Below are positions 46,549-55,968 of a DNA stretch of 64,000 nucleotides, piece by piece. The stretch covers positions 21,463 to 85,462 of the forward strand of contig CALAYL010000055.1 of NCBI GenBank assembly GCA_937894725.1, given 5' to 3'. The position numbers were made by a program, and so were the translations under genes. Below the pieces are notes generated by a model. That model searched no databases. It was not told where the DNA came from and was given only the letters and a program-made list of their open reading frames with translations. Positions within the stretch are counted from its first letter, which is position 1. The number at the start of each line of letters is the position of its first letter. Source of the DNA: an uncultured Bacteroidota bacterium (GTDB lineage: Bacteria > Bacteroidota > Bacteroidia > Chitinophagales > LD1).

Positions 46549-48384
46549 TTGAAAAAGATACGATATAGCATTTTCTTGTTTTCTATTTTAGCAAGTACCT
46601 ATTCGGTAAATGCTATGGAGATTGAGTTTGCGGGAAAGACGGATTCCACTAAAGCTATACAAAAAAAAGGTGGCGAAAAATTCTCTAAAGGTTTTCAGAA
46701 GAGTTTATGGTTTTTGACCTATCTCAATTACGCTGACAAGGTTAGTGGAGTATTTGATTCGCTTTGCAATCCATACGAAGAACACTGTGGGATGCGTATC
46801 CGCAACATTGATATATACGTGTTAGAACCATTTGGAACAAACGTAGATTCGCCTTTACTCAAACCAGCTAAGCCTATTTTAAAGATAGGAAATAAGATGC
46901 AAGTGAAAACGCGTGAGTGGGTTGTAAAACAAGATTTGTTTTTTAAAGAAGGTGATGCGCTCGATCCGCAAGCTCTTTTTGACAGCGAGCGTCAACTATG
47001 GAGTGATCAAAATTTTAAAGACATCCGAATTACGATTAAGCCTGTAGATGAAAATTATGTAGATATAGTAGTGGCAGTAAGAGATCGGTGGAGTTTTCGT
47101 ATTCAATCATCAGTAGAAGTCAATCGCTTAAATATAGGTTTAGGCTTTGCAAATTTACTAGGTATTCCACAAACCTTACGAACTTTTGTAAGTGTAAATT
47201 ATAATAAGAATAATATTTATGCGCTTAATTTTCAATACTCTTATAAAAACATAAAGCGCTCTAGAATAGATTTGTTTTCACAATATTCGCACGATAAATA
47301 TGCTAATCGCTATCAATTTCAAGCAGATAGAATTTATGCTAATGCAAAAATGAAATGGGCAAGCTCTGTTTTGTTAGACTTTAATAGCTATCTGTCGGGT
47401 ATTGGCACAGTGCTTGTCCAAAATCAACCACAGGGCTATATCCGCTCTTTGAAACAAGACTATTGGATATCTGGTGCTATTCCTATAAAAAAGCAAAATC
47501 GCTTTATATTGCCAAATGCTAGATTAATTCTAGCCTATAGATTTGAAAGAACAGGCTATCTGAGTCGGCCGTTTTTGCGTGATTCTCGCTTTGCCGATAT
47601 TTTTCTAAATTCATATAGTTCTGTAGGTAGTATTGGGATATCGCACTGGGATTTTTATGTAGATAAAAATGTGTATTTACTGGGTATAAAGGAATATTTT
47701 CCTATGGGATTGAGCGTGGCCTTTATTGGTGGTACCACAGGCGATGAAGAGTTGGAAAATAGATTTTATAGTGGATTGTATTTGAGCTATGGATTGCCTA
47801 TCAAGCGAGCCGGCTTTTTAAATATTAATACCACCTATGGGGGCTATGTATATAAAGGGTATTATGATCAGTTTAGTTGGCGAATAAAACTCAACTACTT
47901 TACCGATTCGTATAAAATGGGTAAAGCATTTTTTAGACAAATAGTGCGATTGCAAACTATTATGTCGTTTAATCGACCTACAGGCAGAGAAATCAATCTT
48001 AATGGCACTTTAGGATTTAATGAATTGTACACGCCAAGTTATAGAGGCAATCACTCACTTGTATTACGTTTGGAAGAAGATTTTATTGCTAATTTTAAAG
48101 TGTTAGGATTTAACTCCTCCGTGTTTTTGTTTGCCAATCTAGGCTTCGTAAGTAAATATGATATTCAACCGTTTAAATCAATAGAATCTTCACAGTTTAT
48201 TGGTTTTGGACTACGACTTCGAAATCCAAGTTTGGGGATGGACTTGATTGAAATATCATTGGGATATTTCCCAACATTGCCTCGAGGCCTTGCTCCTTTT
48301 AAGTTTGGTGCAGATTATAGAAACCTCAATATCCCTAAGGGGAACGCTCTATTTACAAAAGATTATTTAATGTTGGATTTGTAG
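46549..48384 (+). CDS. Omp85/BamA-superfamily outer-membrane protein with a single POTRA-like domain
   Basis: Probable TTG start giving the signal peptide (M)KKIRYSIFLFSILASTYSVNA. The POTRA-like segment is IRNIDIYVLEPFG...VVKQDLFFKEGDALDPQALFDSERQLW....FKDIRITIKPVDENYVDIVVAVRDRWSF, followed by a long beta-barrel. The track start (GTG 46486) lies inside the tRNA terminator. Confidence 0.55.
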   Translation: MKKIRYSIFLFSILASTYSVNAMEIEFAGKTDSTKAIQKKGGEKFSKGFQKSLWFLTYLNYADKVSGVFDSLCNPYEEHCGMRIRNIDIYVLEPFGTNVDSPLLKPAKPILKIGNKMQVKTREWVVKQDLFFKEGDALDPQALFDSERQLWSDQNFKDIRITIKPVDENYVDIVVAVRDRWSFRIQSSVEVNRLNIGLGFANLLGIPQTLRTFVSVNYNKNNIYALNFQYSYKNIKRSRIDLFSQYSHDKYANRYQFQADRIYANAKMKWASSVLLDFNSYLSGIGTVLVQNQPQGYIRSLKQDYWISGAIPIKKQNRFILPNARLILAYRFERTGYLSRPFLRDSRFADIFLNSYSSVGSIGISHWDFYVDKNVYLLGIKEYFPMGLSVAFIGGTTGDEELENRFYSGLYLSYGLPIKRAGFLNINTTYGGYVYKGYYDQFSWRIKLNYFTDSYKMGKAFFRQIVRLQTIMSFNRPTGREINLNGTLGFNELYTPSYRGNHSLVLRLEEDFIANFKVLGFNSSVFLFANLGFVSKYDIQPFKSIESSQFIGFGLRLRNPSLGMDLIEISLGYFPTLPRGLAPFKFGADYRNLNIPKGNALFTKDYLMLDL

Positions 48385-49143
48385 TTATTTTGGATAATAG
48401 ATACTGCCATAAACTATGTCATTTTCTTTTATCCAGTTTAGTTTTAGTTTCTTGCCAGATGCAAAACTGACAAAATCGATTTCCCCTTTTTTCTCATTTG
48501 TCGTTTTCAAATTATCCGCTATTTCTTTCACTTCATTTGCTTGGATACCATAGGTATCTAATAGTTCCATTAGGTTAATCTCTTCGGGTAATTTGTTTGC
48601 AGATATTCTTCGAATATGATTCGATAGAAACACAAGTCCAGTAGTAAGGTTATATTCAAGGTAGCCAGTGTTGTAAATTTTTTGGAGCATATCGAATCTC
48701 ATTTCTCCTTTATTTACGGCTTCATCTACTTTAGCTATTTTTTTAGTAAGCGAAAACCGCTCAAATGCAAAAATGATAGACGAAACGAGTAGTTTAGAGT
48801 CAAATTTACCTTTAACTAAATAGTCTTGTGCGCCTACTTTTACGGCCTCTAATCCTGTTTTTTCATCTATCAATCCAGTGAGTACAATAACTAGACTATT
48901 TGGATACAATTCAATAAATAACTTGATAGTGTCTAATCCATTACTATCTGGCAAATTCAGGTCCATTAATATAATATCAAAAGTCTGTTCAGTCATCAAC
49001 AGATGAGCTGATTGCATATCTTTTGCATGGTTAAAGGTGAACTTGTAGTTTACGGATTCTCCCAAGTAAAATTTTATAAGAAAGGCATCTCCTTCATCAT
49101 CTTCTACGACTAGGACATTCAATGGTTTGTTGTCAATACTCAT
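48385..49143 (-). CDS. Response regulator: REC domain plus a PAS-like C-terminal domain of about 120 aa with no recognisable output domain
   Basis: REC motifs VLVVEDDEGD, DIILMDLNLPD, VLTG and YLVKG. The C-terminal part GYLEYNLTTGLVFLSNHIRRI...PEE resembles PAS-fold openings. Confidence 0.72.
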   Translation of the reverse strand: MSIDNKPLNVLVVEDDEGDAFLIKFYLGESVNYKFTFNHAKDMQSAHLLMTEQTFDIILMDLNLPDSNGLDTIKLFIELYPNSLVIVLTGLIDEKTGLEAVKVGAQDYLVKGKFDSKLLVSSIIFAFERFSLTKKIAKVDEAVNKGEMRFDMLQKIYNTGYLEYNLTTGLVFLSNHIRRISANKLPEEINLMELLDTYGIQANEVKEIADNLKTTNEKKGEIDFVSFASGKKLKLNWIKENDIVYGSIYYPK

Positions 49144-49577
49144 GGCTTGGGTAATAATACTATATTAAACCAAAAATTAACGATGTCATTCATCGTTTTC
49201 ATTAATGTTTCGAAATCTGGCGGTTTTACTACATAAGCATTAGCATGATTTTCATATGCGGTTAGTCTGTCATAGTCGGCATCAGAGGTTGTCATGATGA
49301 TTACAGGAGTGAGTCTTGTAAGTGGGCTAGATTTAATGAGCTTCAATAGTTCTTGCCCGTTTTTTTTCGGGAGATTCAAATCCAAAATAATAATTTCAGG
49401 TCTATTGGCTTTTTCAAATGGAGCTTTACCTAATATAAAAAGTTCCGCCTCTTCGCTATCAGAAATTATGTCAATCACTACTTTCTTTTCAAGATTACAT
49501 TCTCTTAATACTTCCTTAGCTAAGCGTGCATCGCCTGGATTATCGTCTATCAATAGTATTCTGTGGCTTCGTTCCAT
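49140..49577 (-). CDS. Stand-alone receiver (REC-only) response regulator, Rcp1-like
   Basis: 145 aa. Motifs ILLIDDNPGD, PEIIILDLNLPKKNG, VIIMTTS and AYVVKP. Its stop overlaps the next gene's start (ATGA). Confidence 0.85.
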   Translation of the reverse strand: MERSHRILLIDDNPGDARLAKEVLRECNLEKKVVIDIISDSEEAELFILGKAPFEKANRPEIIILDLNLPKKNGQELLKLIKSSPLTRLTPVIIMTTSDADYDRLTAYENHANAYVVKPPDFETLMKTMNDIVNFWFNIVLLPKP

Positions 49578-49671
49578 AAATAACTGAATATGTTGCAGTT
49601 TTACTCTCTTATACTTTTAAAAACTTTTTTTGTTTCAGAGTTCGGCTAAATTAGTTTTTTTTGAGGAAAGT

Positions 49672-50430
49672 ATGATTGATAAAATTCAAGATATCGCTTA
49701 TCGGGTAGGGGAGATGATCATGGAGGTCTATGTTTCAGATTTTGGCGTAGCGTATAAAGGGGACAAAAGTCCCATTACCCTCGCAGATAAAATAGCAAGC
49801 GAGTATATAGAACAGCAGTTACTTCGGTATTTTCCAGATATTCCCATCATCAATGAAGAAAAATCAAATCGAGACTTCAGTATAAGGCAAAAATGGACGA
49901 AATGCTGGATTGTGGACCCTATTGATGGGACTAAAGAGTTTGTAAAAAAAAATGGAGAGTTTACCATAAACATTGCCCTAGTCGAAAATGGAGTGCCTGT
50001 TTTTGGTCTCATTTATGCACCTGCTATGGATTTGATGTATTATGGAGCAAAAGGAGAGGGGGCGTTTAAAAAAGAAGGAAATGTTTGGTCAAAAATACGG
50101 CCATCACTCAATTATGAATCGTTAGAAAAAGTAAGCGTGGCATCTAGTCGCTCTCATCCTGACCATGCAGTCAATGCTTTTATAAAACGATTATTGGCCC
50201 AAGGTAAGGAGGTCAATATATTACAAATGGGTAGCTCGCTCAAGCTTTGTATGGTAGCTGAAGGAAAGGCAGATGTGTACCCAAGATTTGGCGATACTAT
50301 GGAGTGGGATATAGCGGCTGGACACGCTATCGTTAAATATGCAGGCAAAGAAGTTTATCAAAAATGCTCACAAGATCCATTAGTTTATAATAAATCCAAT
50401 CTCAAAAACCCACACTTTTTAGTTGCCTGA
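49672..50430 (+). CDS. cysQ: 3'(2'),5'-bisphosphate nucleotidase CysQ (inositol monophosphatase family)
   Basis: Motifs WIVDPIDGTKEF, ..SRSH and MEWDIAAGHAIV. ATG 49672 is preferred over TTG 49630. Confidence 0.85.
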   Translation: MIDKIQDIAYRVGEMIMEVYVSDFGVAYKGDKSPITLADKIASEYIEQQLLRYFPDIPIINEEKSNRDFSIRQKWTKCWIVDPIDGTKEFVKKNGEFTINIALVENGVPVFGLIYAPAMDLMYYGAKGEGAFKKEGNVWSKIRPSLNYESLEKVSVASSRSHPDHAVNAFIKRLLAQGKEVNILQMGSSLKLCMVAEGKADVYPRFGDTMEWDIAAGHAIVKYAGKEVYQKCSQDPLVYNKSNLKNPHFLVA

Positions 50431-51252
50431 TTGTTGGTAAAATGCGACTAGTTTTACGGCTTCCATTGCAGCGGCTACATCATGTACTCTCAATACATTT
50501 GCCCCATTGAGTAGGGCGATTGTATGCAATGCCGTACTTCCATTGAGGGAGTGAGCGGCATCTTTTTTTATTATTTTTTGAATCATAGACTTACGTGAAA
50601 TGCCCACCATTACTGCTGTTTCGAGTGTATGGAATGCTTCAATGTGGTGTAGCAATTTGTAATTTTGCTCCAAAGTTTTACTAAATCCAAAGCCTGGATC
50701 TACGATGATGTTTTTTATTCCAAAGAATTTGCAAGTGGCTATTTTAAGTGCAAAATAGTTTTTGATATCTTCTACCAAATTTTCATAATCAACAAGTGAT
50801 TGCATAGATGTAGGTGTGCCTCGCATGTGCATGATTATGAAACCCGCATCATATTTCGCCACGGTCGAAAACATATTACTATCGTACTCTCCGCCACTTA
50901 TATCGTTGATGATTTTTGCACCTTCATCTAAACAAACTTTGGCCGTTTCGGCATGGATAGTATCTATCGAAAGTAGCACTTTGGGAAATTCTTTTATAAG
51001 CATTTTCAGCCCTGGTAGTATTCGCGTCAGTTCATCATTTGACGAGATAATGTCAGCACCTGGTCTTGAAGACATGCCGCCTATATCGAGAGCTGTGGCG
51101 CCATCTTTTAGCATTTCTGTAGCTTGAGTTAAAATAGCTTTTTCGTTACTTAATTTACCTCCATCAAAAAATGAATCGGGGGTTAGATTCAAAATGCCCA
51201 TTACTTTAGGTGCTTTTAAATCAAAAAAGTTAGTTATGCTTATTTTGTTCAA
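50419..51252 (-). CDS. folP: Dihydropteroate synthase
   Basis: Motifs MGILNLTPDSFFDGG, DIGG.SSRPGA, SIDT, INDISGG and DPGFGF.K. TTG start. Confidence 0.92.
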   Translation of the reverse strand: MNKISITNFFDLKAPKVMGILNLTPDSFFDGGKLSNEKAILTQATEMLKDGATALDIGGMSSRPGADIISSNDELTRILPGLKMLIKEFPKVLLSIDTIHAETAKVCLDEGAKIINDISGGEYDSNMFSTVAKYDAGFIIMHMRGTPTSMQSLVDYENLVEDIKNYFALKIATCKFFGIKNIIVDPGFGFSKTLEQNYKLLHHIEAFHTLETAVMVGISRKSMIQKIIKKDAAHSLNGSTALHTIALLNGANVLRVHDVAAAMEAVKLVAFYQQSGN

Positions 51253-51269
51253 TGTGGTAGTTTGACACT

Positions 51270-51277
51270 CAAAAGTA
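51270..51277 (-). promoter_or_regulatory. Candidate -7 box (TACTTTTG on the minus strand) for folP
   Basis: Plus-strand caaaagta is the reverse complement of TAnnTTTG. It lies 17 nt upstream of the folP start, in the 36-nt rnhA-folP spacer. Confidence 0.3.
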
Positions 51278-51288
51278 ATAAAACAAGA

Positions 51289-51741
51289 TTATACATTTGC
51301 CACATATCCTTCATCTATCATCAGCTGTGCGCTATCTGCTGCGGTAGTGGCAAGCACATCGCAGCGCTCGTTGTAGGGATGGTCATTGTGACCTTTTATC
51401 CATACAAACTTCACATTGTGTTTGGACGCTGCTACAAGGTAGCGTTTCCATAAGTCTGGGTTTTTCTTGCCCTTAAAATTTGTTCTTTGCCATCCTAAAA
51501 TCCATTTTTTCTCTACAGCTTCTACTACATATTTTGAATCCGAAAAAACAGTAACCGCAAGCCCTGGTCTAGTCAATGCTTCTAGTCCTTTTATCACAGC
51601 CAAAAGCTCCATTCGATTATTGGTCGTAAGTTTGTAGCCGCCCGAAAGTTCTCTTTCATGTACTCCATATTTTAGGATAGTGCCAAACCCCCCTCGACCT
51701 GGATTGCCACGGGCTGCACCATCTGTGTAAATTTCAACCAT
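51289..51741 (-). CDS. rnhA: Ribonuclease HI
   Basis: Motifs VEIYTDGAARGNPG..G, T.NRMEL.A...L, SDS.YV and W.WIKGH..H..NE.CD.LA. ATG 51741 is preferred over the track's TTG 51759. Confidence 0.9.
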   Translation of the reverse strand: MVEIYTDGAARGNPGRGGFGTILKYGVHERELSGGYKLTTNNRMELLAVIKGLEALTRPGLAVTVFSDSKYVVEAVEKKWILGWQRTNFKGKKNPDLWKRYLVAASKHNVKFVWIKGHNDHPYNERCDVLATTAADSAQLMIDEGYVANV

Positions 51742-51748
51742 TTTATTA

Positions 51749-52987
51749 TTACATATCAAGAAGCAAATCCACAGGATCTGCTCCTAAGAGCATTTTCGAT
51801 GGATTTTCTAAAAAGTCTTTGACAGTAACCAAAAAGCCTACAGACTCTTTGCCATCAATGATTCTATGGTCATAAGAAAGAGCCAAATACATCATAGGGC
51901 GTACTTCGATTTTTCCGTTGATGACCATTGGTCTATCTTGTATTTTGTGCATGCCGAGTATAGCTGACTGTGGAGGGTTGATGATAGGAGTGGACATCAA
52001 TGAGCCAAATACTCCGCCATTGGATATAGTGAAAGTACCCCCCGTCATTTCGTCCATGGTGAGTAAGCCATCACGGCCTTTAATTGCGAGTTCTTTTACC
52101 TTTTTCTCTATACCAGCGAGACTCAATGATTCTGCATTTCTGATAACGGGTACTACCAATCCTTTAGGTGTAGAAACCGCTATCGAAATATCGCAATAGT
52201 CGTGAAAAACTACATTACCCTCATCTATATAAGCATTCACCGATGGATATTTTTCTAATGCCAAGCAAATCGCTTTGGTAAAGAAAGACATCATCCCTAA
52301 ATTCACTTCGTGTTTTTTCTTAAATGCCTCTCCCATTTTCGCTCTTACGGCATTGATTTCTGTCATATCCACTTCGTTGAATGTGGTCAACATAGCTGTA
52401 GAGTTTTTAGAATAGACCAAACGCTCTGCTACCGTTTTGCGCAAACGGCTCATTTTTTCAGTTTTTTCTTCACGACTGAACGCAGCTTGGCTACTTATTC
52501 CTTGTTTGTTTCGAATAGCGTTGATGGCATCTTCTTTGGTGATACGCCCACCTACTCCTGAGCCTGATACATTGCTCGTTTTTACACCAGATTCAGCCAA
52601 TAATTTGGCTGCTGCAGGCGATGGATGTCCAGAAGCATTACTTGTTTTTACTTCTTCTTTCGCTATCTCTTTCACAGGGGCTACTTTAGTTGTGGTTTCC
52701 ACCTTTGGTGCTTCTGTTTTAGCTGTTGATGCAACAGCCTTTTCAGGTGCAGCGGCTGTTTCGTCTATGGAGGCTACAAGTGCGCCTACTTTCAAATCAT
52801 CGCCTTCAGCAGCAACAAATTTTATTTTGCCTGATATTGGAGATGGCAATTCTTGTGAAGCTTTGTCTGTTTCTACTTCACAGATAGGTTGATCCATCAT
52901 TACATAATCACCATCTTTTACTAAAAATTTAGAAAGAGTTACTTCGGTGATACTTTCTGCCACATTGGGAATTACTAGGTTTGTCAT
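51749..52987 (-). CDS. sucB: Dihydrolipoyllysine-residue succinyltransferase (E2 of 2-oxoglutarate dehydrogenase)
   Basis: Lipoyl domain with ETDKA, an Ala/Pro-rich linker, an E3-binding segment and a catalytic domain ending in [11 protein letters not shown]. Confidence 0.92.
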   Translation of the reverse strand: MTNLVIPNVAESITEVTLSKFLVKDGDYVMMDQPICEVETDKASQELPSPISGKIKFVAAEGDDLKVGALVASIDETAAAPEKAVASTAKTEAPKVETTTKVAPVKEIAKEEVKTSNASGHPSPAAAKLLAESGVKTSNVSGSGVGGRITKEDAINAIRNKQGISSQAAFSREEKTEKMSRLRKTVAERLVYSKNSTAMLTTFNEVDMTEINAVRAKMGEAFKKKHEVNLGMMSFFTKAICLALEKYPSVNAYIDEGNVVFHDYCDISIAVSTPKGLVVPVIRNAESLSLAGIEKKVKELAIKGRDGLLTMDEMTGGTFTISNGGVFGSLMSTPIINPPQSAILGMHKIQDRPMVINGKIEVRPMMYLALSYDHRIIDGKESVGFLVTVKDFLENPSKMLLGADPVDLLLDM

Positions 52988-52990
52988 AAT

Positions 52991-55696
52991 TTATTTTTCA
53001 AAAGAGGTTCTCAAAATATATTCTTGTTCAGCTAAGTGCACTTTTTTGTATCCTGTAGCTGGCGATGCACTTGGTTTACGGCTTATGCAACGGAGCGGTA
53101 ATTTTTCATACAACTGAGTGAGTAAGAAAGTCCATGCTCCCATGTTTTTAGGTTCGTCTTGTACCCATACAAATTCTGCTTTATTGTATTTTTTCTTTAA
53201 CTCTAATAGTTGATTTTCGGGCAAAGGATAAATCTGCTCTAAACGGACGATAGCGACATCAGTAGCTTTCTCGGTTTCTTTTCTTTCAAGCAAATCAAAA
53301 TATAATCTGCCTGATACGAGCAATACTCTACGAACAGATTTGCCTACATTTTCATCGTCTATTACTTCTCTGAAACCGCCAGTGGTCAATGCCTTAGCGT
53401 CAGATACGCAGCGTGGGTGGCGTAACAATGATTTTGGTGACATTACTATCAGTGGTTTTCTGAAGTTCCAAGTAAGTTGCCTTCGTAAAGCGTGGAAAAA
53501 GTTTGCTGGATCAGTGATATTTACCACGACCATATTGAGTTCAGCACATTGCTGCAAAAATCTTTCTAAACGCGCAGAAGAGTGCTCTGGGCCTTGGCCT
53601 TCGTATCCATGAGGAAGGAGGAGTACCATACCGCAAGGTCGTTGCCATTTTGATTCACCTGCTGTGATAAATTGGTCGATGATAATCTGTGCCCCATTTG
53701 CAAAGTCGCCAAACTGTGCTTCCCAAAGTACCAATGCATCAGGACTAGCAATAGCATAGCCATATTCAAAACCTAGTACACCATATTCTGATAAGTGGGA
53801 GTTGTATATCAAAAATTTTCCTTGCTTTCCTGGAGCTACATCGCTAAGTCGATTAAACTGCTGATCGGTATTTTCGTCTGTCCATACTGCATGGCGGTGT
53901 GTAAAGGTACCACGTTTCACATCTTCACCAGATAAGCGCACATTTTTGCCCCCCATTAATATTGAACCATAGGCTATCAATTCCGCAGAAGCCCAATCTA
54001 TCACTTTGTCTTCTTCGATTTTACGCCTTGCCTCTTTCATTTGCTTCTCTACTTTTTTCAGCATTTTGAAATTTTCAGGCACAGTAAAAAGTCCTTTTAC
54101 GACTTCATTGAGAAATACACTCTTAATACTGGTATCAGGCGATTTTTCAAAATCTTTTTCGGTAGCTCTGCCGAGTTTATCCCATGCTTTTTCATTGCTT
54201 TGAGGCTTATAAGATACGGGGCTTTGTTTGACAGAGTCTAGTCTAGCTTGTAAATCATCCCAAAATTCCTTTTCCATTTTTTGCGCTAATTCAGCACTCA
54301 TGCTACCCTCTGCTTCAAGCTTTTCTTTATAGATATCGCGTGGGTTTTTATGCCCATCTATTAAGCTATACATCACAGGCTGGGTGTATTTCGGATCATC
54401 AGATTCGTTATGTCCCCATTTGCGGTAGCATACCATATCTATAAAAATGTCTTTCTTGAATTTTTGTCGATACTCTGCGGCCACCTGAGCTGCATGTACT
54501 ACCGCTTCAATATCATCCCCATTGACGTGTATCACTGGTGCTTCGACTGTAGCTGCTATGGAGGTGCAATAATCTGAAGAACGAGCATCATCTAAGCTAG
54601 TGGTAAAGCCTATTTGATTGTTGATGACAAAGTGAATAGATCCGCCATTGCTATAGCCTTCTAGATTCATCATTTGTAACTGCTCATATACGATACCTTG
54701 GCCTGCTACGGCTGCATCACCGTGTATAAGAATTGGTAAAATTTTATCGTAATCAGATTTGTAAATTACATCTGCTTTAGATCTTGCAAAACCAGCTACT
54801 ACTGGTCCCACTGCTTCTAAATGTGATGGGTTTGGACATAATTTTAGGTAAAGCGTTTTTCCGTTTCGGGCAGGGTGCTGATGCGAAAAGCCAAGATGGT
54901 ACTTGACATCCCCATCGCCCATAGTAGTATCGGGAGTAGCTTTTCCTTCAAATTCATTGAAAATCTGCTCATAAGTTTTGCCCATGATATTGGCCAAAAT
55001 ATTGAGTCGTCCACGGTGAGCCATACCTATCACTACTTCTTCAACTCCAAGTTCAGCAGATTTTTCGATTATACTGTCGAGTGCAGGTACAGTAGTCTCG
55101 CCTCCTTCAAGCGAAAAGCGCTTTTCTCCTATATATTTAGTACCTAAAAACTTCTCAAATATAACGGCATGATTGAGCTTGCGAAGAATACGCTCTTTAT
55201 CTGGAATAGAAAAGGCATAATTTTCTTTCTCAATTTTCTTTCTTAAAAAATCGATTTGATCTTGTTGGCGAACATAACCGTATTCCCAGCCTATTGATTG
55301 GCAATAGATTTTTTCGAGCTTAGCCAAAATCTCATTTAGTGTGGCATCTGGTAGGTCTATTTCACTACCAATGGCAAATTTTCGATCTAAATCTTTATTG
55401 CTCAAACCAAAATGATCAAGTGAAAGATTTGGCTTCCTATCTCTCAAAACACCTAGCGGATTGAGGTGAGCTATGAGGTGCCCTTTATGACGATAAGATT
55501 GGATAAGGTGATATACCTTAAATTCATCTGCACTAAAAGTACTGCTTTTGCCATTATAGTTTATAGTAGCGAAGTCGAAGCCTTCAAAAAACTTGCGAAA
55601 ATCAGTATCTACTGAAGTAGGATTGGTTTTGAAATCTCTATAGAGATTCTCTAAATATTCTGGTGTGGCGTTGCTTAGGTAAGTGTATTTGTCCAT
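52991..55696 (-). CDS. sucA: 2-oxoglutarate dehydrogenase E1 component
   Basis: 901 aa. Motifs RFSLEGGE, MAHRGRLNVL-like (MAHRGRLNIL), HGDAA.AGQG and LLPHGYEGQGPEHSS. It lies 3 nt upstream of sucB. Confidence 0.95.
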   Translation of the reverse strand: MDKYTYLSNATPEYLENLYRDFKTNPTSVDTDFRKFFEGFDFATINYNGKSSTFSADEFKVYHLIQSYRHKGHLIAHLNPLGVLRDRKPNLSLDHFGLSNKDLDRKFAIGSEIDLPDATLNEILAKLEKIYCQSIGWEYGYVRQQDQIDFLRKKIEKENYAFSIPDKERILRKLNHAVIFEKFLGTKYIGEKRFSLEGGETTVPALDSIIEKSAELGVEEVVIGMAHRGRLNILANIMGKTYEQIFNEFEGKATPDTTMGDGDVKYHLGFSHQHPARNGKTLYLKLCPNPSHLEAVGPVVAGFARSKADVIYKSDYDKILPILIHGDAAVAGQGIVYEQLQMMNLEGYSNGGSIHFVINNQIGFTTSLDDARSSDYCTSIAATVEAPVIHVNGDDIEAVVHAAQVAAEYRQKFKKDIFIDMVCYRKWGHNESDDPKYTQPVMYSLIDGHKNPRDIYKEKLEAEGSMSAELAQKMEKEFWDDLQARLDSVKQSPVSYKPQSNEKAWDKLGRATEKDFEKSPDTSIKSVFLNEVVKGLFTVPENFKMLKKVEKQMKEARRKIEEDKVIDWASAELIAYGSILMGGKNVRLSGEDVKRGTFTHRHAVWTDENTDQQFNRLSDVAPGKQGKFLIYNSHLSEYGVLGFEYGYAIASPDALVLWEAQFGDFANGAQIIIDQFITAGESKWQRPCGMVLLLPHGYEGQGPEHSSARLERFLQQCAELNMVVVNITDPANFFHALRRQLTWNFRKPLIVMSPKSLLRHPRCVSDAKALTTGGFREVIDDENVGKSVRRVLLVSGRLYFDLLERKETEKATDVAIVRLEQIYPLPENQLLELKKKYNKAEFVWVQDEPKNMGAWTFLLTQLYEKLPLRCISRKPSASPATGYKKVHLAEQEYILRTSFEK

Positions 55697-55956
55697 TTCT
55701 CTTTTAAAATGATGGCGAAAGTAGATATAAATGTTTTAATTCAGTAATTGTTTGCTGAAAACAAACACAATAACGCATTTTTTAAGAGACCGAGCGAAAT
55801 TTTGGATAAGTATTTAAGAATTTTGGGGAATAATTATTGTGTTTTGGCAATTGCATTTTTATTGTATCGATGATTCAAAAAAGTTAAACTTAGCAATAAA
55901 AAGCAAAGCTAAATAGTTGCAATCTTAAATTAAAGCAAAAAATATTTACTATTTTA

Positions 55957-55964
55957 TACTTTTG
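55957..55964 (+). promoter_or_regulatory. Candidate -7 box TACTTTTG, 4 nt from the aldehyde dehydrogenase ATG
   Basis: Exact TAnnTTTG match. The ATG at 55969 follows after agaa. Confidence 0.35.
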
Positions 55965-55968
55965 AGAA

